Below are positions 21,601-31,338 of a DNA stretch of 64,000 nucleotides, piece after piece. The notes beneath the pieces are model-generated. The model was not told the origin of the DNA, did not search any database, and saw nothing but the letters and a program-made list of their open reading frames with translations. Position 1 is the first letter of the stretch, and every line of letters begins with the position of its first letter. The position numbers and the translations under genes were made by a program. Origin of the DNA: an uncultured Gemmatimonadales bacterium (GTDB lineage: Bacteria > Gemmatimonadota > Gemmatimonadetes > Gemmatimonadales > Gemmatimonadaceae); the NCBI GenBank assembly GCA_963850905.1, contig CAWKMU010000003.1, positions 2,688,001 to 2,752,000 of the forward strand. Reading direction: 5' to 3'.

Positions 21601-21967
21601 GGCGGGGCGCCAGCGGCCGGGGCCGGACAAGGAGGTCGCGGCGCGACGCCGCAGATCGGCTTCGGCGCTCTGAATATCCAGTTCGGCGGTGACGGTCAGA
21701 CCGGCTACATCAACGCCTTCGGCACGGCCGACGTCGCGCCCACGCCCGCGGAGCGGCGCGCGTATCAGATCAGCTGCACGCATCTGAACAGCGCGATCGC
21801 TGCCTGGACGGCCATCAACAATCAGGATGTCAGCGCCTTCAACACCCTGCTCCGGCAGAACAAACTTTCGCCGCTTCCAGATGCCCACCAAGGCGTTGGC
21901 CACCACCGAGTGCGGCCCGCCGGTGGGCATCGCCCCGCCGGGCACGCCCGCGCTCGCCGCGCGGTAA
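18629..21967 (+). CDS. VPS10/BNR (Asp-box) repeat secreted hydrolase-like protein, with apparent frameshifts near 20100-20200 and 21880
   Basis: WRNIGPFRAGR start, repeated S/TxDGGxTW Asp boxes and GTFGRSFWVLDD spread over ORFs 18629-20266 and 20065-22032; probable true stop TAA at 21965-21967 just before a terminator. Confidence 0.8.
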
Positions 21968-22001
21968 GTAGCCGTCAGGCGAGCGGGTTTCGAGTTTTCA
22001 C

Positions 22002-22030
22002 GGGGCGGCCCAAGGGCCGCCCCTTCTTTT
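22002..22030 (+). terminator. Rho-independent terminator
   Basis: GGGGCGGCCC-AA-GGGCCGCCCC followed by TTCTTTT. Confidence 0.85.
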
Positions 22031-22075
22031 GACTGGCGCGAGTCCGCCTCGCGTGTGCGCCGGCCACCGGCGTCA

Positions 22076-23170
22076 TCACCGCAAGCTCACCTCTTGGTAC
22101 ACGAGGCCAAGCAGCGCCGCCGCCTCATTGTCAAATTCCGCCGCGATTTCCTTGTCGTTTCCGGCAAATCGTTGCCGGAACGGCGTGAGATCCACGCTCC
22201 CCTTGACCTCGTCGAAGCTGCTGAACTTGCCGTGGCCGGATTTCCCCAGCGCGTCGTTCATTTGATCCACCGCGCTTTTCAGGAGATCCCTGGTCAGGTA
22301 AATGTGCGCCTTGTCGTGCAGGACCGGTCCGTGCCCCGGCACGATCGCGGTCGCATCCAGCTGAGCGAGATTCTCGAGCGTGTGGATCCACTCGCTCGGA
22401 TAGCCGTCGAACATGTACGTCAGCGGATACCCAACGAGATCGCCCGCCATCACAATGCGTTCCTTGGGGAGATAGGCCACAGCGTCACCCGCCGTGTTGC
22501 CTCGTCCCAGGAACTTGACCTGAACCTCTCGATTGCCCAAGTCAATGCTGAAGTCGTGATCGAACGCGAGCGTGGCACTCTGGAACCGCGTCTTCGCGAT
22601 CTCCTCCATGACCGGCGCGCGCCGCGCGAGATAATCCCTGATCCTCGCCTTACGGTCGTCCGTCAACGCCGTGCCGTTACCGTCCTTTCCGCTGTCCAGC
22701 GCCTGTTGATTCTCGATGTTGCTCTGTTTCTCCCGCAACTCCGTCGTCGGCCCATAGCGGTCCATATCTTTCTTCGCTTCCACCGTGGCGATGAAGGTCA
22801 CCGCGGGGAAGGCATCCACGTAGGCGCGGTTCGCGAAGTTGTGGTCATTGTGGAAGTGCGTCGTCAGCACAAAGGTGACCGGCTTGTCCGTCCACTGGCG
22901 GATTTGGGCGATGTCTTCGCGGGCAACCGAGGGCATGAATCCGGCATCGACCACGAAGACCTGCCGATCGCCGATGATCACCGTCGTGTTACTGCTCTGG
23001 ACGCCAAGGCGCAGATTCTTGTGCTCGATCTCATAGACGCCGTCGGCGAGCTTTGTCACTTTCCGCTCCGCCTGGCCGCACAGCGGCCGCGCCGCCGCGC
23101 TGAGTCCGAGCGTCACCAGGCACAGGTACGGCCGGAGGGAATTGCCGAGCGAACTGCTGCGAAACGTCAT
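22076..23170 (-). CDS. Secreted MBL-fold metallo-hydrolase
   Basis: THFHNDH motif, MAGDL and VPGHG; signal peptide. Confidence 0.88.
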   Translation of the reverse strand: MTFRSSSLGNSLRPYLCLVTLGLSAAARPLCGQAERKVTKLADGVYEIEHKNLRLGVQSSNTTVIIGDRQVFVVDAGFMPSVAREDIAQIRQWTDKPVTFVLTTHFHNDHNFANRAYVDAFPAVTFIATVEAKKDMDRYGPTTELREKQSNIENQQALDSGKDGNGTALTDDRKARIRDYLARRAPVMEEIAKTRFQSATLAFDHDFSIDLGNREVQVKFLGRGNTAGDAVAYLPKERIVMAGDLVGYPLTYMFDGYPSEWIHTLENLAQLDATAIVPGHGPVLHDKAHIYLTRDLLKSAVDQMNDALGKSGHGKFSSFDEVKGSVDLTPFRQRFAGNDKEIAAEFDNEAAALLGLVYQEVSLR

Positions 23171-23233
23171 TGGGAGATCTCCGGGAGCGAACGGATGGGT
23201 GGCGCAAATGCGCCAAGATCGCTTCGTCCCGCC

Positions 23234-24148
23234 TCAGAAATCTTGGAGATTCCGGCCATCCAGTGTGAGGTCCGGCGTCGAGGCTGCCGTGGGCTGGGCG
23301 CGGCGCTCGCGATACGCCTGTGTCGGCGTTATCCCGCACAGGTCCTGAAGGTCCCGGGCCAGGTGCGCCTGGTCGCAATACCCGGCTTCAGTGGCAAGGC
23401 GCGGCCAGCATGGACGCTGGCCGCGCGGGGTCCGGTCCGCAGCCGTGACCGCTTGGAGCAGTCGCACGGTCCGGCTAAACGCTTTGAGCGAGACCCCGGC
23501 GTCCCGGCGGACAAGGCGTCGCAGATGCCGGATCGACAAGCCCGTCCAGTCGGCCACGCCATCGAGGGAAAGCCGCCCGCATGTCCGGCGGATCAGGTCC
23601 AGCGCTCGCGTGGCGGTCTCAGGGCGGGGCACGGGCTGACGCTGGGCCCGGCGCACGACCGCCGTGGTCAGGACGGCGAGAGCCTCAGGCGCCGTGAGCG
23701 TCTCGGTCAGTGGCCCGAACACCGACTCCGCAAACCGGGGAAGGACGAGTGACAGGTCATCGCCGAAGTCATCGTGCGCGTCCGGCTCCAATCCGAACAG
23801 CGGCCGGACCCACTCGCGCTTGACCATGACCGCCGCCACTTCGTATCCGGGCCGCAGCGCGAAGAAGTGCGGGGTCACCACGGGACCCAGGAACAGAAGG
23901 CGCGGGCTCACCGGCCGCCCCCCGGGCTCACGGTAGCAGTTAAACGTCAGCCCGAACGCCGGGTCAGGTAATACACGGTGCATCGCGGCGCCAGTCAGCG
24001 GGACCCCAGCCGGCGTGTGGTGGATCCAAACCGCGTCGCTCACGGGCGCGAGCAACGGCGGCGCGACGTACTCCCGATAGCCGCCAACCATGTGCCGCAC
24101 CGGCAGGGATATCGCGCCCGGCTCAGCCGCCATTAACGAGCCCCGCAT
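23234..24148 (-). CDS. AraC-family transcriptional regulator (start may be 24133)
   Basis: HRVLPD N-domain; HTH motifs LSIRHLRRLVRRDAG and GYCDQAHLARD. Confidence 0.88.
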   Translation of the reverse strand: MRGSLMAAEPGAISLPVRHMVGGYREYVAPPLLAPVSDAVWIHHTPAGVPLTGAAMHRVLPDPAFGLTFNCYREPGGRPVSPRLLFLGPVVTPHFFALRPGYEVAAVMVKREWVRPLFGLEPDAHDDFGDDLSLVLPRFAESVFGPLTETLTAPEALAVLTTAVVRRAQRQPVPRPETATRALDLIRRTCGRLSLDGVADWTGLSIRHLRRLVRRDAGVSLKAFSRTVRLLQAVTAADRTPRGQRPCWPRLATEAGYCDQAHLARDLQDLCGITPTQAYRERRAQPTAASTPDLTLDGRNLQDF

Positions 24149-24254
24149 AATGCTTCATTCTGGCATGGCTCAAAGAAGCCGGAAATAGGGATACGTACCG
24201 CGACACCCGTCGTACAACGTGATCGAGCCGGCGCCCCCCCTCCATCGAATCACC

Positions 24255-24770
24255 TCAGCGCGGCTGCTCGAACCTCCCCGCCCTCCGCAAATACGGCACG
24301 AGGCCACCCGCCGACAGTATCCTCGCCGCAATCCCCGACGGTATCGTTCCTGATACCGCCGCCGCCGTCGTCTCATCCCGCACGATGACCCGCCTCCCGC
24401 TGGTCTCAACCGATATCGCGTCGCCTTCGCCAATCCCGCTGGTGTCGCACTCAATCGGCAACAACCCATTGTTGACCGCATTCCGATAAAACGTCCGTGA
24501 AAAGCTCTGCGCGATCACCGCTCTGATCCCCGCAGCCAGAATGACGGTCGCCGCGACCTCCATCGCCGATCCACACCCGAAGTTGCGCCCCGCCACGAGC
24601 ACGTCACCAGGCTGCACAGAGCTCGCGAATCCAGGATCGACAGTCTCCAACAAATACCGCTTGAGCACTTGCTCGTCGATGGTCTCCTTCTTCCGCGTTG
24701 ACGAGATGATGTAATCCGTATTCACATCATCGCCCAAGCGCCGCGCGCGGCCGGCTAGCAGAATGCTCAT
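24255..24770 (-). CDS. 3-isopropylmalate dehydratase-like small subunit (LeuD/HacB family)
   Basis: GDDVNTDYII, VAGRNFGCGS and SFSRTFYRNAVNNG motifs; ATG at 24770 overlaps the upstream stop. Confidence 0.88.
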   Translation of the reverse strand: MSILLAGRARRLGDDVNTDYIISSTRKKETIDEQVLKRYLLETVDPGFASSVQPGDVLVAGRNFGCGSAMEVAATVILAAGIRAVIAQSFSRTFYRNAVNNGLLPIECDTSGIGEGDAISVETSGRRVIVRDETTAAAVSGTIPSGIAARILSAGGLVPYLRRAGRFEQPR

Positions 24771-26029
24771 ACGCCGATCGACGACGGATCCGTGATGACC
24801 CCAGTCACCGCCGCCGCCCCGCACGCCGCCGGCGACGCGAGGTAGATCCGCGCGGTCGCAGTGCCCATCCGTGCCTTGAAGTTGCGATTTGCCGTCGACA
24901 GCACGTTCGCTCCGTCGGGCGGAATCACACCGCTCGTGCCGCAGCAGGCGCCGCAACCGGGTGCAGTGATCGTCGCGCCGATCGCCCGGAACTTCGCGTA
25001 GCTGCCATCGGCGACCAGGTGCTGCTCGACGTCGCCCGACGCCGGCGTCAGGACGAGCTGTACGCCCGGCGCAAGCTTCCCGCCGCCGCGCTCGATCACG
25101 GCGAGCGCCTCGTGAAAATCGCGCACGCGACCGCCCGTGCAGGTGCCGAGGAATACCATATGAATGCGCGTGCCGCCGGCGTCGGCGATCGGCACCACGT
25201 TCGCCGGCGAATGCGGCAGCGCGATCACCGGCGCATGCTCGGCCAGATTGATCTCGAGTACGCGCGCGTAGCGGGCATTCGCGTCGGCGACCACCGGCGC
25301 ATACTCCACGATTTGCCGCGACCGCAGAAACTCGGCCAGCACATCGTCTGCGGGGAACATCGCGGCCTTGGCCCCGCTCTCGACCAGCAGATTGCTCAGC
25401 ACGAGGCGATCATCGAGCGGGAGCTCGGCGACTTGGCCGTCGAACTCCACCGCCTGGTAGTTCGCGCCGTCCGCGCCGAGCCGGGCGACGATCGCGAGCG
25501 CGAGATCCTTCGCCGTGAGATCGCGCGGGCGCTCGCCGCGGAGTACGATGCGAATCGTGTCCGGGACGCGAAGCCAGATCTGTCCGGTGATCAGCGCGGC
25601 CGCGAGGTCGGATGAGCCAATGCCCGTTGCGAACAGATTCAGCGCGCCGCACGTCACGGTGTGACTGTCGGCGCCCAGCACGAGCTGACCCGGTCGCACT
25701 TCACCGCGCTCGATCGCGAGCTGATGACTGATGCCCTCGCCGCGCTCGTAGATGCGCAGCGCGTGCTGCGCTGCGAACGTGTGCACGAGGTCGTGATACT
25801 TCGCGGTGCCGGGGCTCGTCGTCGGATCGTAGTGATCGAGCGCGAACACCACGCGGTCCGGCCGCCGCACATGCGTGCCGCCCATCTTTGCGAAGTACGC
25901 AATCGCCATCGGCGCCGAGGCGTCGGTGCCGATGATCAGATCGGCGTCACAGACGACCGTGTCGCCGGCGCGGCCATCGGAGCCGGACTTGGCCGAGAGG
26001 ATCTGCTCGGCGATCGTCTTGCCGTTCAC
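24767..26029 (-). CDS. Aconitase/3-isopropylmalate dehydratase-like large subunit (LeuC/HacA family)
   Basis: KTIAEQIL, GADSHT, FLGTCTGGR, PGCGACCG and STANRNFKARMG motifs; GTG start at 26029. Confidence 0.9.
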   Translation of the reverse strand: MNGKTIAEQILSAKSGSDGRAGDTVVCDADLIIGTDASAPMAIAYFAKMGGTHVRRPDRVVFALDHYDPTTSPGTAKYHDLVHTFAAQHALRIYERGEGISHQLAIERGEVRPGQLVLGADSHTVTCGALNLFATGIGSSDLAAALITGQIWLRVPDTIRIVLRGERPRDLTAKDLALAIVARLGADGANYQAVEFDGQVAELPLDDRLVLSNLLVESGAKAAMFPADDVLAEFLRSRQIVEYAPVVADANARYARVLEINLAEHAPVIALPHSPANVVPIADAGGTRIHMVFLGTCTGGRVRDFHEALAVIERGGGKLAPGVQLVLTPASGDVEQHLVADGSYAKFRAIGATITAPGCGACCGTSGVIPPDGANVLSTANRNFKARMGTATARIYLASPAACGAAAVTGVITDPSSIGV

Positions 26030-27279
26030 GGCGCCGGCTCTGGCGCAGGGCGGGGCGATGCGACGCCTACAGCGACGGTGCCACGTGCGACCCACGCCGC
26101 GCCGACCAGATTGCCGATCGTATTCACCGCGGTGCGGCACATGTCGAGCGGGCGATCGATCGCCGCGACGAGCGCGATGCCCGCGGCCGCCTGCGCCTGG
26201 AGACCCACGGCGTTGAGCACGATGAGCGTCGTCACGAGCGAGCTGCCTGGCACGCCCGCACCCGCAAACGCAGCGGCCGTCGACGCGGCGACAATCGCGA
26301 TCGACTGTGTGGGGCCAAGCGCCAACCCGTAGATCGTCGCGAGAAATACCGCCGTCACCGCCTTGTAGACGGCGGCGCCATTCTTGTCGATCGTCGCGCC
26401 GGCCGGCAACACGAATGCCGCGACGTCGGGCGGCACGCCAAGCCGATGCGTCGCCGCCGCCATGCTGACGGGCAGCGCCACGCTCGACGACGCGGTGGCG
26501 AAGGCGAGCATCACCGCATCGGCGATGCCGCGCGCGAATGACGCGAGACCGACCCCGGCCCCGAAGCGCAGCACGGGCGCGAGCACGACCGCGACGTGAA
26601 TCGCCAGCGCGGCGATCACTGCGACGACGAACATCGCGAGGTTCGCGAGCATCGCCGCGCCAGACTTGGCGACCGTCGCCGCGATCAACACCGCGACCGC
26701 ATACGGCGCGAGCTGCATGAACCAGCCGATGATGATCATCGACAGATCGTTGAGGCGCGCGAATGCCTCGACGACGGGCTGGCGCTTGTCGCCGGGCAAG
26801 GTCGTCGCAGCGGTGGCGAAGATGCACACGGCCACGATCAACGGCAGCAGATCACCCTGCGCCGCCGCCGCGAACGGATTCTGCGGAATGATGGCGAGCA
26901 GCGCTTCCAGCAGTCTCGGCGTCGCGCTGGTTGGCGTGACGTGGCCGGCCGCCAGGGTCGGCACGAGGCCGAACGGCATCGCGCGCGCGACGCAGAGACC
27001 GACGATCGCTGCGGCGAGCGTGGTAGCAAGGAAGTACGCGAGGGTACGCCCGCCGATGCGGCCGAGCCGGCGCGGGTCGCCGAGCGATGCGATGCCGGTG
27101 AACAGGCTACCGATCACGAGCGGTACAACGACCATCGTGATCAATCGAATGAACGCGGTGCCGAGCGGCTCGAGGGCGATCAAGCCGTCGCGCAGCGGCA
27201 TGGCGAACGGAGCCTTCGAGATGGCGCCGAGCGCGGCGCCCACGAGCAAGCCGGCGAAGATGCGTGTCTCGAGCTTCAT
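26026..27279 (-). CDS. Dicarboxylate/amino acid:cation symporter (DAACS)
   Basis: AFATASSSVALP, GATIDKNG and DRPLDMCRTAVN motifs. Confidence 0.92.
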   Translation of the reverse strand: MKLETRIFAGLLVGAALGAISKAPFAMPLRDGLIALEPLGTAFIRLITMVVVPLVIGSLFTGIASLGDPRRLGRIGGRTLAYFLATTLAAAIVGLCVARAMPFGLVPTLAAGHVTPTSATPRLLEALLAIIPQNPFAAAAQGDLLPLIVAVCIFATAATTLPGDKRQPVVEAFARLNDLSMIIIGWFMQLAPYAVAVLIAATVAKSGAAMLANLAMFVVAVIAALAIHVAVVLAPVLRFGAGVGLASFARGIADAVMLAFATASSSVALPVSMAAATHRLGVPPDVAAFVLPAGATIDKNGAAVYKAVTAVFLATIYGLALGPTQSIAIVAASTAAAFAGAGVPGSSLVTTLIVLNAVGLQAQAAAGIALVAAIDRPLDMCRTAVNTIGNLVGAAWVARGTVAVGVASPRPAPEPAP

Positions 27280-28379
27280 GTGACGCGTGCCGCCTGCGCC
27301 GACAGCACGTCGGCCAACGCCACGACCGTGCGCTCGACGTCGCTCATGCGGATGTCGCCCATGTGGCCGATGCGAAAGCCCGTCGCCTGATACGGCCCGA
27401 GCCCCGCCGCGGTGAGAATGCCGCGCGACGTGAGGGCGCCACGAACGTCCGCGGGCGCTACGCCGGTCGGCAGTGAGAGCGCGGTCAGTGTCGATGCACG
27501 GTCTGAGAGGGCAGGACATTGCAACGACATCCCCAGCCCTCCCGCCGCCGCACGCGTCCGCTCGGCCATCTCGCGATGGCGGGTGAGCACGTTGTCGAGG
27601 CCTTCCTCGTGAATCATCCGCAGCGCTTCGGCGACCTGCAGCACGAGGTGCACGGGTGTCGTGCCCGGGGTCTCAGGCTTGGCTTTGGAGGTCTCTGACC
27701 GAATCGCCGAAAAGCTCCAGTAGTTCCGCGGGAGGCGGGCAGCCTCGGAGGCGCGCCACGCGCGTTCGCTCAGTGCCACGAACGCGATCCCGGGGCTCGA
27801 CATCAGACACTTTTGCGATGCCGTGACGGCGACGTCGACGCCCCAGGCATCCAGCTCGAACGGCATCCCGCCGATCGACGAGACGCCGTCGATCATCGTC
27901 AGCACGCCGCGCGCGTTGGCAACGTGCGCCACCGCCGCGACATCGTTTGCCACGCCGGTCGACGAATCGGCGTACGTCATCGTGACCGCCTTCACCCTCG
28001 GATGCTCGGCTAGAAATGCATCGACTGCCGCGGGATTCACGCTCCGCTCCCAGTCCGTCTCGATCCAATGCGTGACCACACCATATGACTCGGCGAGGGC
28101 GGCCCACATCTCGCCGAACTTGCCGTTGCAGCACCCCGCGATTTCGTCACCGGCGGAGAAGAGATTGCAGATCGTCGCCTCGAGTGCGCCGCGGCCAGTC
28201 GTGTGAACCGGCAGAATCGGCTGCGTCGTGCCGAAGATCGGCGGCAAGAGCTCGAGCACCGTCGCCAACTCCTTCGCGAACTCGGGCGTCCGGTGATGGA
28301 GCATCGGCCGACCACCGGCGCGCAACACGCGTTCGGGCACGCGCGTTGGACCGGGCGTCAGCAACAGCAGCTCGCTCAC
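27276..28379 (-). CDS. Class V PLP aminotransferase (alanine-glyoxylate/serine-pyruvate type)
   Basis: LLTPGPT, DGVSSIGG, TASQKCL (PLP Lys) and FRIGHMG motifs. Confidence 0.92.
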   Translation of the reverse strand: MSELLLLTPGPTRVPERVLRAGGRPMLHHRTPEFAKELATVLELLPPIFGTTQPILPVHTTGRGALEATICNLFSAGDEIAGCCNGKFGEMWAALAESYGVVTHWIETDWERSVNPAAVDAFLAEHPRVKAVTMTYADSSTGVANDVAAVAHVANARGVLTMIDGVSSIGGMPFELDAWGVDVAVTASQKCLMSSPGIAFVALSERAWRASEAARLPRNYWSFSAIRSETSKAKPETPGTTPVHLVLQVAEALRMIHEEGLDNVLTRHREMAERTRAAAGGLGMSLQCPALSDRASTLTALSLPTGVAPADVRGALTSRGILTAAGLGPYQATGFRIGHMGDIRMSDVERTVVALADVLSAQAARVT

Positions 28380-29056
28380 TCGATCACGCCCTTCTTCCGC
28401 AACAGGTCATCGACGTCCGGACGAAACAGCGTACCCGCATTGATCTCGGCGATACGCTTGCGCTCGCGTTCCATCAGCTGTTGAACCAGAGTCAGCACAT
28501 CTTCGGCGTTGTCGCGTGGCACGACAACGACGCCGTCGCCATCGCCGACGATGATGTCGCCGGGCATCACCACCGTACCGCCGCACGCGATGGGGACGTT
28601 GACTTCGCCGGGGCCATCCTTGTCGCATCCGCCGGCGCAGACCGTGCGGCTGAATGCGGGGAAACCGAGCTTCCTGATGCCGTCCACGTCGCGGATCGCG
28701 CCGTCGACGACAATGCCGCCGAGCTTCGCCGCGGCCGCCGTGGTGCACATCAATTCGCCGAAGACGGCGCTCGTCGTGTTCCCGCAGGTGTTGACCACGA
28801 CCACGTCGCCCGACTGCGCCACCTGCATGGCCTTGTGGATCATGAGATTGTCGGCGGGACGCGCGCTGACGGTGACGGCGAGCCCGCACATCGAGAATCC
28901 GCTCCGCGAGCGAATGCCGGCGTCCATGAAGTTGAAGCGGCCCATCGCGTCGGCGAGGTTGGGCGAGGCGAGACCGCGAAAGCGATCGAGGAGGGTCGCG
29001 TCGACGCGCGGCGGAGCAGCGAGCACGCGAAAACCAAGTCTGCCGGATTGTGGCAT
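28376..29056 (-). CDS. RraA-family / HMG-CHA aldolase-like protein
   Basis: NLADAM, DNLMIH, AVFGELM, VDGAIRD and PGDIIVGDGDGVVVVP motifs. Confidence 0.9.
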   Translation of the reverse strand: MPQSGRLGFRVLAAPPRVDATLLDRFRGLASPNLADAMGRFNFMDAGIRSRSGFSMCGLAVTVSARPADNLMIHKAMQVAQSGDVVVVNTCGNTTSAVFGELMCTTAAAAKLGGIVVDGAIRDVDGIRKLGFPAFSRTVCAGGCDKDGPGEVNVPIACGGTVVMPGDIIVGDGDGVVVVPRDNAEDVLTLVQQLMERERKRIAEINAGTLFRPDVDDLLRKKGVIE

Positions 29057-29289
29057 GGAGAGAGTTGCGTGGAGGAGAGTGCGCCTCAAAGAGGCACGCT
29101 GGCCGTGCCCCACGCAACTATCGCCCGCTGACCTCAGCTGAACCATTCACGCTGGGCCAAGGCCTGCCGCGGACGCCCGGCGACAGGAAGACGGTCTCAG
29201 CTTCACCCCTCGCCCCTGCCGCACCGGCCTCGGGCGTTCAGAGTGCGCCGGTAGGGGTCCGTAGTCAAGCTTGGGAGAACAGGATTGTT

Positions 29290-31152
29290 TTATGGCATGA
29301 TCGGGAGCTGGACGCGAGACGGCATTTCGGCGGAGCTGTAGACTCGCTGCGTCGCCTTGACGTAGTCAGCCGCAGTCGCCTGGTAGATGCTCGGCACAAA
29401 CTTCTGCGGGTTGCGGTCGATGAGCGGAAACCAGGTCGACTGCACTTGTACCATCAGTCGATGCCCCTTGAGAAAGACGTGGTCACGATCCCGCAGCGGG
29501 ATGGTCCAATCCGTAGCCTGTCCCGGCACGAGGGCATGCGGCTGCTCGTAGCTCGTGAGGAAGCGACCGCGTCGCACTTCCATCGCAATCGGCAGCTCGT
29601 AACCGTTGAGGGAACGCGCGTACTGCCCGGGTGCCGGCCCCTCTTCCGCGTTCCACTTGTTGGCCTGGGCGCTTTCGGGATATACGTCGATCAGCTTGAC
29701 GATGAAGTCCGCGTCCGTCCCCGAGGTCGACGCGAACAGATGGGCAGATACGGGGCCGCTAATCGTGACGTCGTGATCGAGTGGCACGCTCTCGTACGTC
29801 AGCACATCGGGGCGATGGTCGACGAATTGTTGATCTGACATCTCCCACGTCCGCCAATCTCCCCACGGGTACGTCGGTGAAATCGGGCGCCGCCGGTACG
29901 GCACCGGGTTGGCCGGATCGGACACGTATTCTCTGTAACCGCTCGTCGGTTTGGTAAACGACAGCGTTCCGTCCGCGTGCAAGTAGAGGCTCGTCTGGAC
30001 GGCCTCCTTGGGCGGCCACGCGGCGTACGTCCGCCATTTGTTCGAGCCCGACTGGAAGGTGGTCGCCTGCCACGCCGGCTTATCACCAACTCCATGGAGG
30101 TAGTAGCGGAAGAACGGCGCCTCGATCGTCTCGCGAAACTCGCGTGCCGTCTCGTGCCCACCGAATGAGACCAGGCCAATGCTGTCGCCCTTTGGCGACT
30201 GCCACTCCCCGTGATACCAAGGACCCACCACGATGAAATTGGTGTGATCGGGATCATGCTCCTCGGCGTGTTGGAAGACTTGCCACGGGCCCCAGGGATC
30301 TTCCTGATCCCAGAAGCCAGCAACGTTGAGATTCGGGACTGTGGAGGAGTGTAACTGGTCGACCCAAGCCTCCTTCTTCCAAAACGCGTCCCGGTTCGGG
30401 TGTTGCACCGTCTCGTTCCACTGGGGGATCGAGTCGTGGAGGTACTTGGTGTTGACGTTGCTCAGCGGACCGAGGTCGAGATACCACTGATAGGTGTCGT
30501 AGGTGTTGAAATTGAAGTGCCTGTTCTCGGTCTTGCTCGCCTGCTCCATGACGTCGTACTCGACGTTGTAGCTCTCTCGCAATGCGCCGAAGTGGTGCAT
30601 GTCGTCGTTCATGAACCAGTCGACCGGGGTGGCCTGCTCACTGATCGCTTTGAGCGCCGGGTGTGGCTGCAGCAGCGCCATTGCGGTCGTGAGGCCGTCG
30701 TATGAGACCCCGAACATCCCGACTTTGCCCGAGTTGTTGGGCACGTTCTTGATGAGCCAGTCAATGCTGTCGTACGCGTCGGTGGTCTCGCTGGTCGCCT
30801 TGGGGTCTTTGAGGTCTGCCTCAAAGGACTCCTTGAACACGCCCTCGGACTTGAAGCGCCCGCGCAGGTTCTGCACGACGAAGATGTACCCATCCTTTGC
30901 CAATTCCCTGAGGTTTTCGGGGACGCTGTCTGGCGCTTGGTAGGGGACACCGTACGGGGTGCGTCTGAACAGGATCGGGAGTGGCCCGCTCTGATTGACG
31001 GGCGTCAGGATCGCCGTTTCAAGGTGCACGCCGTCGCGAACTGGAATCATCACTTGGCGCAGCGTGAAAACCGGGTCGGGCTTGGCCGGAGACGAGCTGC
31101 CGGTGCAAGCTGCCAGGAGCACGGTGAAGCCGAGACAGGCTGTGTATCGCAT
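29290..31152 (-). CDS. CocE/NonD-family hydrolase (lipoprotein)
   Basis: MIPVRDGVHL, RTPY, nucleophile motif GVSYDG and QSTWFPLIDRNPQ; lipobox LLAA-C. Confidence 0.92.
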   Translation of the reverse strand: MRYTACLGFTVLLAACTGSSSPAKPDPVFTLRQVMIPVRDGVHLETAILTPVNQSGPLPILFRRTPYGVPYQAPDSVPENLRELAKDGYIFVVQNLRGRFKSEGVFKESFEADLKDPKATSETTDAYDSIDWLIKNVPNNSGKVGMFGVSYDGLTTAMALLQPHPALKAISEQATPVDWFMNDDMHHFGALRESYNVEYDVMEQASKTENRHFNFNTYDTYQWYLDLGPLSNVNTKYLHDSIPQWNETVQHPNRDAFWKKEAWVDQLHSSTVPNLNVAGFWDQEDPWGPWQVFQHAEEHDPDHTNFIVVGPWYHGEWQSPKGDSIGLVSFGGHETAREFRETIEAPFFRYYLHGVGDKPAWQATTFQSGSNKWRTYAAWPPKEAVQTSLYLHADGTLSFTKPTSGYREYVSDPANPVPYRRRPISPTYPWGDWRTWEMSDQQFVDHRPDVLTYESVPLDHDVTISGPVSAHLFASTSGTDADFIVKLIDVYPESAQANKWNAEEGPAPGQYARSLNGYELPIAMEVRRGRFLTSYEQPHALVPGQATDWTIPLRDRDHVFLKGHRLMVQVQSTWFPLIDRNPQKFVPSIYQATAADYVKATQRVYSSAEMPSRVQLPIMP

Positions 31153-31338
31153 GGACAATCCGATGGGTGGAGGCCAGCTGGCGCTGGCGAAGGAGGTCTC
31201 TGCCGTCGCGGGAAATCATGGCACTCGCGAGGCGTTATCGGAATGGCTGCGATGCAATTTTATTGGATAGCTGGGATTGGCGGCCACTGGAACGGGTCAC
31301 GATTTCGCGCTCAAATCGGGCGATGACTCTTCATCCGC

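Noticed and set aside
24255..26029. Calling these leuC/leuD of leucine biosynthesis
   Set aside because: No leuA or leuB nearby and the context is a transporter/aldolase operon, so gene symbols were withheld.
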